From assembly GCA_947631415.1 (NCBI GenBank), contig CANRLG010000002.1:15661-79660 (forward strand): a DNA stretch of 64,000 bases. Direction: 5' to 3'. The notes beneath the pieces were generated by a model, which was not told where the DNA came from, made no database searches, and saw only the letters and a list, made by a program, of their open reading frames with translations. Within the stretch, counting starts at the first letter, position 1. Each line of letters begins with the position of its first letter. Source of the stretch: an uncultured Clostridia bacterium. GTDB taxonomy: Bacteria > Bacillota > Clostridia > TANB77 > CAG-465. Below are positions 17,622 through 28,602 of this stretch, piece after piece. Both the position numbers and the translations under genes were made by a program.

Positions 17622-20600
17622 ATGTTAAAAGTAATTTTAGGAAAATCTAAAACTGGAAAAACTACATACATATATAATCAAATAGAAGATAATATATCAC
17701 AAAAGAAAAGAGTAATACTATTTGTACCTTCTCAATCTCGTGCAAAAGCCGAGAATGAATATATGAAAATATTAAATAAAAAGGGAGTAATAGGGGTAAA
17801 TATTACTACTATTTCTGAATTTATTAAAGAGGAATTAAAAATTCAAAACCTTCACATAAGTGAGAAATATATGTCTAGGTTAGATAGAAAAGTAATTTTA
17901 ACACAAGTAATTAAAGAAAATCCTGAATTATTTAATATATTTAGCAAGGTAAAAAATTATCCTGGTTTTTTAGATACTTTAGACATATATATGGATTTAT
18001 TTAGAAAGGGTGAAATTACACCAGAAGAATATTCTAGTATTGAAATAGAGGATAAAAGAGTAAATCTTAAATTTAAAGAAATATTATCTGTCTATGCGAA
18101 ATATATTGAAAAGATAAAAGAAAATTATATAGATAGTGTAGATGAGTGTGAACTATTTTTATCTAGTTTTTCAAAAAGCGAATGGTTTAAAGATAATAAT
18201 GTAATAGTATTTTTTGATGCGTATAATAACTTCTCAAATAGTGAGTATAAATTAATAGATAAACTATTTAAAAATAATATTGATGTTGTAATTACTCTTA
18301 ATACAGATATTGCAAGAATTGAAGATACTTATATATCTTCAAGTATATTTGAAGAAAGTAATAAAACATATAAAAAGTTATTAAGACTGGCAGATAAAAA
18401 TGATATCGAAGTGGAGAATATTGTAAAATATGAGAATAAATTTGAAGCACCACAAGATATTAAATATATTGCAAATAACCTTTTTAATACTAATGAAAAA
18501 GTAGAAGAAAAAATAGAACTTAACAATATTAAGTTTGTAATGTACACAAATATTTTAAAAGAAGTTGAAGCCGTTGCAAATACTATTTCTCAATATATTA
18601 AACAGGGGTATAGATATTCAGATTTTATTATTTATACAACAAATATAGATGAGTATTATAAAATAATAAATAGAGCTTTTTATGAACATTCTATGCAAGT
18701 TTATTCTGCTCAAAGTAGGTATATTACAGAGTCTATTTTAGTTAAATATATACTTGCTCTTTTAAACTTAAGTATGAAAGGACTTAATCTTGAACTTATT
18801 TTTGATATATTAAAATTAGGTTTAACAGATATTGATTTAAAAGATATTTATATTCTTGAAAATTATATGAAAGAATTTAATGTAAATAAATATTTAGTAA
18901 ATAGTAAATTTACATTAAATAACCAAAAGAATTTCTATAATTTAGAAAGATTAAATGAGATTAAGGAAAAAATAGTTTCAATGTATTCATTTACCAAAGA
19001 ACTTAGAAATTTAACTGCAAAAGAATATGTTGAGAAAATTTATGCTCATTTAGAGAAAAACAATATATTTAATAATTTTGAAGAAATTGTAAAACCAATT
19101 GTGGTTGATACAATAAATGTAGATAGAGAAAATTTTGAAAAACAGGTTTGGAACGGAATTTGCGAGATTTTTGATTCAATAATTAGAATATACAATGATA
19201 CTGAATTAAAAATTGAGGAATTTACAAATATTTTTAGTATAGTATTAAAGGATGTTAAAATTAAAACCCTTCCACCTTTAAAAGACCAAATTGAACTTGC
19301 AGATATAAATGTAACTAAAACAGAGCCTAAAAAAATTGCCTTTTTTGTTGGAGTTGTTGAAGGAAAATTTCCAAAAAAAGTTGAGGAGGATATATTTTTC
19401 TTAGATAGTGAACTTGAAAAACTAAAAGAGAAAAATATTGAAATAAGAGAAACTACAATATCTAAATTAAATATGGGATTTTTCAATATTTATGAGGCAA
19501 TGAATAATATTGAGGAAAAATTATTCATATTTATACCATCTGCTACATTAGATGGTAAAGCTACAAGAAAATCTAGTTTAATTACGTTAATGGAACAAAT
19601 ATCTAGATTTTATATAGAAGGACAGGTTACAGCTAAGGATGAAAATATAAGCATAGAAAATATTAGTTCAAAGGATGAATTATTTATGTGGTTACTAAAA
19701 AATATTCGTATATTCGATACCTTAGATGATAACCAAAAACAAGAAGTAATTACAGTATTTGAGTATTTTAAACAGGATGCAGAATATAATAAAATACTAG
19801 AATTTAAGAAAGATGACTCAAATTTAAGTGAAGAATTACTTAGTGAAATTTACTCTAAAGACTTTAAATCTAGTGTATCTAAACTTGAAGCATACAAGAA
19901 ATGTCCATTTATGTATTATATGCAATACATACTTAAAGTGGACAAAAATAAAGAGGCAAAATTAAATGTAATGGAACTAGGAAATTTTATGCATGGAGTT
20001 TTAGAGGACTTTTCAAAATATTTACTTGAAAATGGTATTAATTGGAAAGAGATATTAACAGAAGATTTAGAACAAATTCAAGACCAATATGAAGTAATTT
20101 TAGAAGGTATAATAGAAGACAGAATTGATAGTATATTATCTAAACAAAAGCAAAGTGTAAAGTACGTAATTTTAAAAAGAAAATTAACTAACACTATGAA
20201 AAAAGTCATTAGAACAGTTGCTATTGGATTTTACCAAAGTGATTTTGAACCACTTGGATATGAAATTGAATTTAAAGATGATAGTTTATATTTTCCAATG
20301 GAGATTGAACTAAATGGCAATAGAAAAATGAAGTTAGTAGGTAAAATAGATAGAGCAGATATTTTAGATTTAGGCGATGAAAAATATATTAGAATAGTAG
20401 ATTACAAATCTAATTATAAGGATATTAGTGTAGACAAAATAAGAGAAGGAATATCTTTGCAATTAATTACATACTTAATGACCTTAATTGAAGATAAAAA
20501 AGAAGAAAATATAAAACCAGCAGGATTATTATATTTTAATTTATCAGATAAACTTGTTCCAATAGGACAATACGAAAATGATACAGAAGTTATTAAAAAG

Positions 20601-20915
20601 AAACTAATTAAAAAATTAAAAATGAATGGATTATTTGTAAAAAATATAGAAATTTTAAATAAAATGGATAGAAATTTTGAATCGGACCCTTCACATAGTC
20701 TTATAGAAGTGTCAAAAAAGAGTATGAGCATGAATAGTCCAAAATTAGTAAGTGAAGAAGAATTTGAAACATTATGTAATGAAACAAAAGAAGTGCTAAA
20801 ATCAATAGGAAATGAAATAGTAAAAGGGATTGTAAAAATAGCTCCAAATAAGAAAGCTAATCCATGTCAATATTGCAATTATTCTGCTACTTGTAGAAGA
20901 AGAATAGGAGTGTAA
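17622..20915 (+). CDS. addB: ATP-dependent helicase/nuclease subunit B (AddB/RexB)
   Basis: N-terminal Walker A (GKSKTGKTTY) and a C-terminal PD-(D/E)xK nuclease domain with an Fe-S cysteine quartet (CPFMYY...CQYCNYSATC). Starts 4 nt after the scpB stop. Confidence 0.8.
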   Translation: MLKVILGKSKTGKTTYIYNQIEDNISQKKRVILFVPSQSRAKAENEYMKILNKKGVIGVNITTISEFIKEELKIQNLHISEKYMSRLDRKVILTQVIKENPELFNIFSKVKNYPGFLDTLDIYMDLFRKGEITPEEYSSIEIEDKRVNLKFKEILSVYAKYIEKIKENYIDSVDECELFLSSFSKSEWFKDNNVIVFFDAYNNFSNSEYKLIDKLFKNNIDVVITLNTDIARIEDTYISSSIFEESNKTYKKLLRLADKNDIEVENIVKYENKFEAPQDIKYIANNLFNTNEKVEEKIELNNIKFVMYTNILKEVEAVANTISQYIKQGYRYSDFIIYTTNIDEYYKIINRAFYEHSMQVYSAQSRYITESILVKYILALLNLSMKGLNLELIFDILKLGLTDIDLKDIYILENYMKEFNVNKYLVNSKFTLNNQKNFYNLERLNEIKEKIVSMYSFTKELRNLTAKEYVEKIYAHLEKNNIFNNFEEIVKPIVVDTINVDRENFEKQVWNGICEIFDSIIRIYNDTELKIEEFTNIFSIVLKDVKIKTLPPLKDQIELADINVTKTEPKKIAFFVGVVEGKFPKKVEEDIFFLDSELEKLKEKNIEIRETTISKLNMGFFNIYEAMNNIEEKLFIFIPSATLDGKATRKSSLITLMEQISRFYIEGQVTAKDENISIENISSKDELFMWLLKNIRIFDTLDDNQKQEVITVFEYFKQDAEYNKILEFKKDDSNLSEELLSEIYSKDFKSSVSKLEAYKKCPFMYYMQYILKVDKNKEAKLNVMELGNFMHGVLEDFSKYLLENGINWKEILTEDLEQIQDQYEVILEGIIEDRIDSILSKQKQSVKYVILKRKLTNTMKKVIRTVAIGFYQSDFEPLGYEIEFKDDSLYFPMEIELNGNRKMKLVGKIDRADILDLGDEKYIRIVDYKSNYKDISVDKIREGISLQLITYLMTLIEDKKEENIKPAGLLYFNLSDKLVPIGQYENDTEVIKKKLIKKLKMNGLFVKNIEILNKMDRNFESDPSHSLIEVSKKSMSMNSPKLVSEEEFETLCNETKEVLKSIGNEIVKGIVKIAPNKKANPCQYCNYSATCRRRIGV

Positions 20916-21023
20916 AAACACTAAAAAAGTCGATAAAATAGCACGTTGTAAAACTTTATTACATACTTATGTATATAGAATTAAAAAAAGATTACGAAAA
21001 TTAGTGTTTTAAAAATGTAGGAC

Positions 21024-21051
21024 TTGAAATTATTTGAAAAAAAGATATAAT
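21024..21051 (+). promoter_or_regulatory. sigma-A-like promoter (TTGAAA, 16-nt spacer, TATAAT) for the AT-hook protein gene
   Basis: Direct sequence match to the consensus. Confidence 0.4.
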
Positions 21052-21161
21052 ATTATTAGATTATAAATGTAATCAATTTTAAATTTTAAGTTTATATATC
21101 AAAAAAAGAAATTTTTTTGTAAAGATATACACTATAAATTTTTTAAGGGGAGAGTTGTTAT

Positions 21162-22463
21162 ATGGCAGATATAGTTGTAAGTTCTAAAAAGAAAATTAAT
21201 TTCTTTGATAGAGTAATACAAAGCGTAGTTATTATGCTTAATATGAATAAAATGAATAAGGCAATAGATGAGCATCTATCTGTAATACGTAAAACTGAGG
21301 GTGACGATAAAAAGTTATATCAAGAAAACATATTAAGAGAAATTGTATTTGTAAAATATCAATATGATATTATGCAAAGAAGTATGTATGAATTAAAAAT
21401 GTCCTATCCAGATGAAATAATAGATAATATTAATTCATCAGAGAAAAAAACAAGACTTGAACTTCAAAAGACTTTTTTAGAAATGGAATATGATAGAGTA
21501 ACTCGTTCTAAGTTTAAATCTAAAGAGGAGATAAAATTTAATCTTTTATCTATTTCATCTGCAATCGATGAAGTTAAACAAAACATTAAAGATGAAGGAA
21601 AAGCTCAAAGATATAATCAAGTAATTAAAATTGCAGAAGATATTGATACTGCAATTCAAACAGATAGTTATACAGATGAATTGTATAAAGATTTGTTCAA
21701 AGGAATAGATGAATATGTCGGATATATAAATGATAATTACGACATATCTAAATTACCAGCAGATGAAAGAGAACTAATTGAATATGTAATAGAGTCTATG
21801 ATTAGAGGAATTGAATCTGATATAGACAAGCATATGTATGAGTATAATCTTATAATAAATATATGTAAAAATTCATACAGATACTTTAAAATTATAGATA
21901 AAATTTTTGGAAAAATATTAGCTATTTATGATGAAAGTTTTGAAAAAGAAATAGTTAATAAAACAGATTATATAAAGATGTTTAAAGAAATCTATGACAT
22001 GATGATAAAAACAAAAGTTAATGATGTTCATAGAACAATTACAACAGAAGATGAATATCTTGAATATTCAAAACTATTAGCTGATGAAAATGAAGAAGAA
22101 ATAGATAAATTCTTATTTAGAAAAGCTATGGAGATTACAGAATCTGAAACTGTAAAAGAAAAAATCGAAAATATTCTTGCTGAAGAAAATGATGAAGATG
22201 AAAATAAAGATGAGCTTGATGTAAGTGAATCTGAAATTAATGAGGAAGATTTTGATTTAACACTTGATGATGTGTTAAGTGATGAATCAGAAGATTTAGA
22301 AGAAGATAATGAAGATAATGAAGACGAAAGTGATATAGAAATAGAAGAGGAAAAAGAAGAGGCAGAAGAAGAGAAAACAAAGAGAAAGGCAGGTAGACCT
22401 AGAAAAGAGAACAAGGAGGAGAAGCCTAAAAGAAGAGTAGGTAGACCAAAGAAAGTTAAATAA
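21162..22463 (+). CDS. hypothetical protein with an acidic (E/D-rich) C-terminal region ending in two AT-hook motifs (GRP)
   Basis: C-terminus ...EEEKEEAEEEKTKRKAGRPRKENKEEKPKRRVGRPKKVK. No other recognisable domain. RBS aaggggagag upstream. Confidence 0.5.
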   Translation: MADIVVSSKKKINFFDRVIQSVVIMLNMNKMNKAIDEHLSVIRKTEGDDKKLYQENILREIVFVKYQYDIMQRSMYELKMSYPDEIIDNINSSEKKTRLELQKTFLEMEYDRVTRSKFKSKEEIKFNLLSISSAIDEVKQNIKDEGKAQRYNQVIKIAEDIDTAIQTDSYTDELYKDLFKGIDEYVGYINDNYDISKLPADERELIEYVIESMIRGIESDIDKHMYEYNLIINICKNSYRYFKIIDKIFGKILAIYDESFEKEIVNKTDYIKMFKEIYDMMIKTKVNDVHRTITTEDEYLEYSKLLADENEEEIDKFLFRKAMEITESETVKEKIENILAEENDEDENKDELDVSESEINEEDFDLTLDDVLSDESEDLEEDNEDNEDESDIEIEEEKEEAEEEKTKRKAGRPRKENKEEKPKRRVGRPKKVK

Positions 22464-22616
22464 TTCTTATGTAAAAATAGCCAAATTTCCATTTGACTAT
22501 TTTTCTTATATAGAACTTTTAAAATATTTATTGATGATTTATTTTTTGACAAATTATTGTTAGTTGATATAGTAGAATATACAGTAGAATATAAAGAAAT
22601 ATAAGAGGTGTAAAAT

Positions 22617-24965
22617 ATGTTATATAATAAGTACTTGGATAATGATATTGACAACAAGCTTGATTCAATATTTAGTACAATGAGGAAAATCTTTAGTTTT
22701 AAAAATTTAACATTTATGTTATTTGCGTTTTTACTTTCTACTAAGATACTTGTGGGTGAGTTTAGACCATTTAATTATGTTTTACTTGCGGTAGCAAGTG
22801 CATTTGATGTGCCTTTAATACTTGTGTTAATTAGTTCTGTTATAGGACTTGCCATAGGTGGTTATTCATCTACTTTATTAACACTTGTTGCATTTTTCCT
22901 ACTATACAATTTAATAACTGCTGTAGTAAACATAGAAGGTATTAATAAAAAATATTCAATATTTATTAAGTTTTTAGTTTCTATGACAATACTGCAAGTA
23001 GTTTCAGCATTTATAACAGGAGAATTATTTACATCACTATTTACTGTTTTATCTACTATTGTTATATCTGGAATTATTTATCTTGTTACTGTAACAGGAA
23101 TGAATGTAATACTTAACTTAAAAGATGGATTTGCATATACCAAAGAGGAAAGCATAATGATGGTAACAACACTAGCAATGCTAACTTCTATATTTGGTAG
23201 TGTATCTTTTATGGGATTTAATGTGGTAGAAATTCTCGCTTTAATCCTTATCCTAATATATGGTTGGGGAAATGGACCATTTCTTGGAGGATGTGCAGGA
23301 CTTATAGTAGGACTTAGTTATACATGCTTATGTGATGTTTCTATGACTTTTGTTGTAGCTATAGCATTTACAGGTTTCATCTCAGGATTATTAAGAAGGT
23401 TTGGAAAAATCCCTGTAATTATAGCATTTGTAGCAGGCAATTTATATCTTTCATACTACTCTAATGGAACTTCACAAATGAGTATTGTAGGATGTGAAGT
23501 GCTAGTTGCTTCTGTAATATTATTCTTTATGCCAAAACAAGTAGAAAGAAAACTAGATAATCTATTTGACCTTGGTAGAGGACTAGAAGCTATTAAAAAT
23601 AATTTATTAAATCCAACTAGAGAAGCGAAAGAAAAGATTGGTGCTGTTTCTGAGGTATTCGAATCACTTGCAGATATAACACTTATTCCAACAAAGGAAG
23701 ATGAAGAAGAAACAACACAAGTAATTAAAAAATATTTGTTGAGTTATGCAAATAATACTTGTTTTGCATGTAGAGATATAGATGAATGTATAGATAAAGA
23801 TAATTTAGATGAAACAGCTGCTTTTCTTGCACAAAAGCTTGAAAATTGTGAAAGAATAGAGCCTGAAATGCTTAAATTTAATTGTAAAGAGGCAAAAATT
23901 ATTATAGATAATCTTTATGACATATATAATAGTATGAAACTTATGCGTGTTTTAAAGCAACGAGAATTAGAAAACACAGAAAAAGTTGCTCATCAGTACA
24001 AAGAAGTATCAAAGCTATTAAATAACATTGCAGATGATATAAAAGAGGGTAGTATTGTAAAAGATGATGCTCAAAAGAAATTAAGAGATGAGTTGAAGTT
24101 TTATGGATATAATGTATATGAAGATGAATTTGAAAGAGATAATGACATTATAGAGTATACGTTTGTTACAGATATACTAACAGATATAGATAGACAAAAG
24201 AAGCAAATAGTAGAACTTTCAAGTAATATATTAGAGCAAAGTATGACAATAAAATTATTGCTTAATATATCTAAAACAGAGAGGTCAAAAGTTAAAATTG
24301 TTTCTACACCTAAGTTTAGCATAAAATCTGAGGTGGTGTCAGAAACTAAATTTGGAGAAACAGTTTCAGGAGATTCATATTTAAAAATGGAGCTTCAAGA
24401 TTTACGACAATTATGTGTACTTAGTGATGGAGTAGGTTCTGGTGAGAGTGCTCAAAAAAGTTCACAAACAACAGTTAATATGCTAGAAAGATTACTAAGC
24501 GGTGGTTTTACAGAAGATAAAGCAATAGAGATAGTAAATAGTATAATAAAATTAAAAGGTGAAGATGAAGCTTATGCTACATTAGATGCACTTATAGTAA
24601 ATCAAAAAGATGCAATGTGCTATTTTATAAAATTAGGTGCTGCACCAACATATTTAATTGAAAAGGGAAAAGTGGTTATCATAAGCCCTACTACAATTCC
24701 TATTGGAATTGTGGAAAATGTGGAATATGTTCCTATCGTAAAGCAATTAAATGAAGGAGATTTTATAGTACAGATAACAGATGGATTTTTACCAGATAAT
24801 ATGGATCCAAATAGTAATTATCTTAGAAATTACTTAGCTACTTGTGATACAACAAAAACAGCTAAGGTAATTGCACAAGAGATAAAAGAGGTATTACATC
24901 TAAATAATGGTTTGGAACTTGACGATGATGCAACTGTTATTGTAACTAAAATAGAAAAAAACTAA
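22617..24965 (+). CDS. spoIIE: stage II sporulation protein E (SpoIIE), a polytopic membrane PP2C-type phosphatase
   Basis: About 10 N-terminal TM helices, a central regulatory region and a C-terminal PP2C domain (LSDGVGSGESA). Length about 780 aa. Confidence 0.85.
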   Translation: MLYNKYLDNDIDNKLDSIFSTMRKIFSFKNLTFMLFAFLLSTKILVGEFRPFNYVLLAVASAFDVPLILVLISSVIGLAIGGYSSTLLTLVAFFLLYNLITAVVNIEGINKKYSIFIKFLVSMTILQVVSAFITGELFTSLFTVLSTIVISGIIYLVTVTGMNVILNLKDGFAYTKEESIMMVTTLAMLTSIFGSVSFMGFNVVEILALILILIYGWGNGPFLGGCAGLIVGLSYTCLCDVSMTFVVAIAFTGFISGLLRRFGKIPVIIAFVAGNLYLSYYSNGTSQMSIVGCEVLVASVILFFMPKQVERKLDNLFDLGRGLEAIKNNLLNPTREAKEKIGAVSEVFESLADITLIPTKEDEEETTQVIKKYLLSYANNTCFACRDIDECIDKDNLDETAAFLAQKLENCERIEPEMLKFNCKEAKIIIDNLYDIYNSMKLMRVLKQRELENTEKVAHQYKEVSKLLNNIADDIKEGSIVKDDAQKKLRDELKFYGYNVYEDEFERDNDIIEYTFVTDILTDIDRQKKQIVELSSNILEQSMTIKLLLNISKTERSKVKIVSTPKFSIKSEVVSETKFGETVSGDSYLKMELQDLRQLCVLSDGVGSGESAQKSSQTTVNMLERLLSGGFTEDKAIEIVNSIIKLKGEDEAYATLDALIVNQKDAMCYFIKLGAAPTYLIEKGKVVIISPTTIPIGIVENVEYVPIVKQLNEGDFIVQITDGFLPDNMDPNSNYLRNYLATCDTTKTAKVIAQEIKEVLHLNNGLELDDDATVIVTKIEKN

Positions 24966-24974
24966 TAATCTAAA

Positions 24975-25004
24975 AGGGAGTACTTACTTAGTACTCTTTT
25001 TTTT
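24975..25004 (+). terminator. intrinsic terminator after spoIIE
   Basis: gagtacttac/ttagtactc hairpin followed by T8. Confidence 0.55.
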
Positions 25005-25065
25005 GACCTTTTTTTCTAGTATTGTCTATATACAAGAAAGTCAAATTTTGATATAATACACATAG

Positions 25066-28000
25066 GTGATAGACGTGAGTTTTGTTCATTTACATTTGCA
25101 TACACAGTATAGCTTACTTGATGGTGCAATAAGAATTGATGAATTAGTTAAGAAAGCAAAAGAATATAATATGCCAGCTGTTGCTATTACTGACCATGGC
25201 AATATGTTTGGTGTTATAGAATTATATAAAGAGTGCAAAAAAAATGGAATAAAACCAATTATTGGTTGTGAATTTTACGTTGCACCAAGAAGTAGATTTG
25301 AAAAACAAGGAAAACTTGATAGTGAACCAAATCACTTAATTCTTCTTGCTATGAATAATGTGGGATATAAAAACCTTGTTAAATTATCCTCATTGAGCTA
25401 TACAGAGGGGTTTTATTATAAACCTAGAATAGATATTGAATTAATAGAAAAATACAATGAGGGGCTAATATGCTTGTCTGCGTGCCTAGCTGGAAGCTTA
25501 TCTCGAAAAATAGTTAATGGAGATGTTACTGGTGCAAAAGAAATGTTAGAAAGATATATGAATATCTTTGGTAAAGATAGGTACTTTTTAGAAATTCAAG
25601 ATAATAAATTACGTGAACAAATACTAGTGAATCAAAAGTTAATTGAGTTTTCAAAAGAATATGGTTTACAACTTGTAGCAACTAATGATTGTCATTATTT
25701 AAACAAAGAAGATTATGATTTTCATGAAGTGCTATTATGTATTCAAACAAGAAAAACATTAAATGATGAAGATAGGTTAAGTTTTAAAACAAATGAGTTT
25801 TATTTTAAATCTCCAGATGAAATGAGGGAAGCTTTTAAAAATGTTCCCGAAGCAGTAGAAAACACAGTAAAAATAGCAAATATGTGTGATGTGGAGATTG
25901 AATTTGGTCATACTATTCTTCCTGAATTTAAGATAGAAGATAATATTTCACATTTAGAGTATTTTAAAAATAAATGTTATGAGGCAATACCTAAGAAATA
26001 CAAAGAGGAAGAATATGAAAAGGTAAAAGAAAGATTAGATTATGAGATAAGTGTAATAGATAAAATGGGGTATATAGACTATTTTTTAATAGTACAAGAT
26101 TTTATTAATTATGCTAAATCTCAAGGAATTCCCGTTGGACCAGGTCGTGGAAGTGGTGCAGGTTCTATTGCAGCATATTTAATTGGAATAACAGATATTG
26201 ACCCTTTAAAATTTAATTTAATATTTGAACGTTTTTTAAATCCAGAACGTGTAAGTATGCCAGATTTTGATGTGGATTTTTGTTATGAAAGACGTCAAGA
26301 AGTAATAGACTACGTGGAAAGAAAATATGGTAAGGACCATGTTGCACAAATTATAACTTTTGGAACAATGGCAGCAAGGGCAGCAATTAGAGATGTAGCA
26401 AGAGTTTTAGATGTGCCATATCAAAAGGCGGATATGATTGCAAAGATGATACCACATAGTATGAAAATAACTATAGATGAAGCCTTATCTCAAAATAGTG
26501 AACTTAGAAAATTGTATAACGAAGATATGGAAACTAAAAGAGTGATAGATATTTCTAAAAAAATTGAAGGATTAAATAGACAGGCCTCAACTCATGCTTG
26601 CGGTGTAGTAATTACCAAAGAACCTGTTGTTAGTTACGTTCCACTATATGAAAATGATGGTCAGATATCTACTCAATTTACTATGACTACTTTGGAAGAA
26701 CTAGGACTTTTAAAAATGGACTTTTTAGGACTTAGAACATTGACTGTAATAGATGATACTAAAAAGTTAATTAAGAAAAGAAGAAATATTGAAGTAGATT
26801 TTGGCAATTTTGATGATAAAGAAACATATAAAATGCTATCTCAAGGAAAAACTCTTGGAGTATTCCAAATGGAAAGTAATGGTTTTAGAAAAGTAATGAT
26901 GAAAATGGAGCCAGATTCTATAGAAGATATTATAGTTATGATTTCATTATATAGGCCTGGGCCAATGGATCAAATTCCAAGATATATAAGAAATAAAAAT
27001 AACAGAGAGAATATAGAATATACTCATGAATCTTTAAAAGAGATTTTGAAGCCAACTTATGGTTGTATGGTATATCAAGAACAAGTAATGCAAATATTTA
27101 GAGATTTAGCAGGGTATAGTTTAGGACACGCAGATATTGTTAGACGTGCTATGGGAAAAAAGAAAATAGAAGTTATGAACAAAGAACGTGTTAGCTTCGT
27201 TGAAGGTGCAAAAAATAACGGAATAGATGAAGTGTCTGCCAATAAAATTTTTGATGAAATGGCAGAGTTTGCAAAATATGCTTTTAACAAATCTCATGCA
27301 GCAGCGTATGCCGTTGTAGCATACCAAACAGCATATTTGAAATGTCATTATCCACAAGAGTTTATGGCAGCATATATGAACTCTTTTATTGGAAATCAAA
27401 ATAAAATACCTATATATGTAAATGAATGTAGAGAATTAGGAATAGATGTATTAAGACCAGATATAAACGAAAGCTTCTCTAAATTTACAGTAGTAGATAA
27501 TAATATTAGATTTGCAATGAGTTCAATTAAAAATGTTGGTGAAACAGCAGTAGAAGACGTAATAAAGGAAAGAGAGAAAAACGGAAAATATACTAGTTTT
27601 ATAGATTTTTGTGAAAGACAATCATCAGATACAGTAAATAAAAAGTGTGTAGAAAGTTTGATTAAGGCAGGTTGTTTTGATGAAATTGAAAAAGAATATA
27701 CACGTTTTGATTTATTAGATAATTTCGAAAAAATAATAGATGGTGTAATTCATACAAGAAAAAATAATTATATTAATCAAATAAACTTTTTTGGAGAAAT
27801 TGCAGGAAATGATGATAGTATTCAAATAGAAAAAAGTGAGAGAGTTCCGACACAAAGAGAACTTTTAGATATGGAAAAAGAAATGCTTGGAATGTATCTT
27901 ACAGGTCATCCTCTTGATGAATATAAAGCGATTATAGAAAAAAATTCAAATGTAACCACTTTAGATTTGAATATGCAAGAATTAGATGATGAAAATGAAG

Positions 28001-28551
28001 AAGATAATGAAGATATTATAGATTATGATGGAAAGAATGTTTCTATTTGTGGCATATTTAAAAGAGGAAAGGTATTAACTACAAAGTCTGGAAAAAATAT
28101 GATGTTTGCAGGACTTGAAGATTTATACGGAGAAGTTGAACTTGTATTATTTTCAAATGTTTTTGATAGATATGGAACAATTCTAAAGGATGATAGTATT
28201 GTAAAAGTAGAGGGGAGAGTAAGTGTAAAAGAAGAAGAAACTACAAAAATTCTCGTATCTACAATTCAATTATTAGAAAAAGATAACAACGTAAATGAAG
28301 AAAACAATAAAATTCCACAAAAGAAAATATATGTTAGAATACCAAAGGATAAGTTAGATTTGGAAGATAGAGTAATAGGATATATCAAAGATTTAGCTAA
28401 AGAGCAACCAGGAAATATTCCAGTATATATTTTTTATGATGGAACAAATAAAATGAGACTTCTTGGAAGCAAAGATTTCTTGAACGGTAGTAATATAGTT
28501 ATTGAAAAGTTAGAACTTGCTTTTGGAAAAGAGAACGTTAAAGTTAAATAA
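25066..28551 (+). CDS. dnaE: DNA polymerase III alpha subunit (DnaE)
   Basis: PHP domain (FVHLHLHTQYSLLDGA), the Pol IIIa palm/fingers region (GPGRGSGAGS) and an OB domain. The start is GTG at 25066 or GTG at 25075; the latter has better spacing to AGGTGA. Confidence 0.9.
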   Translation: MIDVSFVHLHLHTQYSLLDGAIRIDELVKKAKEYNMPAVAITDHGNMFGVIELYKECKKNGIKPIIGCEFYVAPRSRFEKQGKLDSEPNHLILLAMNNVGYKNLVKLSSLSYTEGFYYKPRIDIELIEKYNEGLICLSACLAGSLSRKIVNGDVTGAKEMLERYMNIFGKDRYFLEIQDNKLREQILVNQKLIEFSKEYGLQLVATNDCHYLNKEDYDFHEVLLCIQTRKTLNDEDRLSFKTNEFYFKSPDEMREAFKNVPEAVENTVKIANMCDVEIEFGHTILPEFKIEDNISHLEYFKNKCYEAIPKKYKEEEYEKVKERLDYEISVIDKMGYIDYFLIVQDFINYAKSQGIPVGPGRGSGAGSIAAYLIGITDIDPLKFNLIFERFLNPERVSMPDFDVDFCYERRQEVIDYVERKYGKDHVAQIITFGTMAARAAIRDVARVLDVPYQKADMIAKMIPHSMKITIDEALSQNSELRKLYNEDMETKRVIDISKKIEGLNRQASTHACGVVITKEPVVSYVPLYENDGQISTQFTMTTLEELGLLKMDFLGLRTLTVIDDTKKLIKKRRNIEVDFGNFDDKETYKMLSQGKTLGVFQMESNGFRKVMMKMEPDSIEDIIVMISLYRPGPMDQIPRYIRNKNNRENIEYTHESLKEILKPTYGCMVYQEQVMQIFRDLAGYSLGHADIVRRAMGKKKIEVMNKERVSFVEGAKNNGIDEVSANKIFDEMAEFAKYAFNKSHAAAYAVVAYQTAYLKCHYPQEFMAAYMNSFIGNQNKIPIYVNECRELGIDVLRPDINESFSKFTVVDNNIRFAMSSIKNVGETAVEDVIKEREKNGKYTSFIDFCERQSSDTVNKKCVESLIKAGCFDEIEKEYTRFDLLDNFEKIIDGVIHTRKNNYINQINFFGEIAGNDDSIQIEKSERVPTQRELLDMEKEMLGMYLTGHPLDEYKAIIEKNSNVTTLDLNMQELDDENEEDNEDIIDYDGKNVSICGIFKRGKVLTTKSGKNMMFAGLEDLYGEVELVLFSNVFDRYGTILKDDSIVKVEGRVSVKEEETTKILVSTIQLLEKDNNVNEENNKIPQKKIYVRIPKDKLDLEDRVIGYIKDLAKEQPGNIPVYIFYDGTNKMRLLGSKDFLNGSNIVIEKLELAFGKENVKVK

Positions 28552-28595
28552 AAAAATAGAGATAGGAAAGTATGAAATCCTATCTCTGTTTTTAT
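28552..28595. terminator. bidirectional terminator between the convergent dnaE and the SPFH gene
   Basis: agagatagga...tcctatctct hairpin flanked by an A-run and a T-run. Confidence 0.5.
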
Positions 28596-28602
28596 TTAGT
28601 TA

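Noticed and set aside
22028-22657. 209-aa Ser-rich ORF on the minus strand
   Set aside because: It is antisense to the GAA/GAT-rich acidic tail of 21162..22463 (poly-Glu codons read as Ser/Phe/Leu on the other strand) and overlaps the spoIIE start. No RBS logic.
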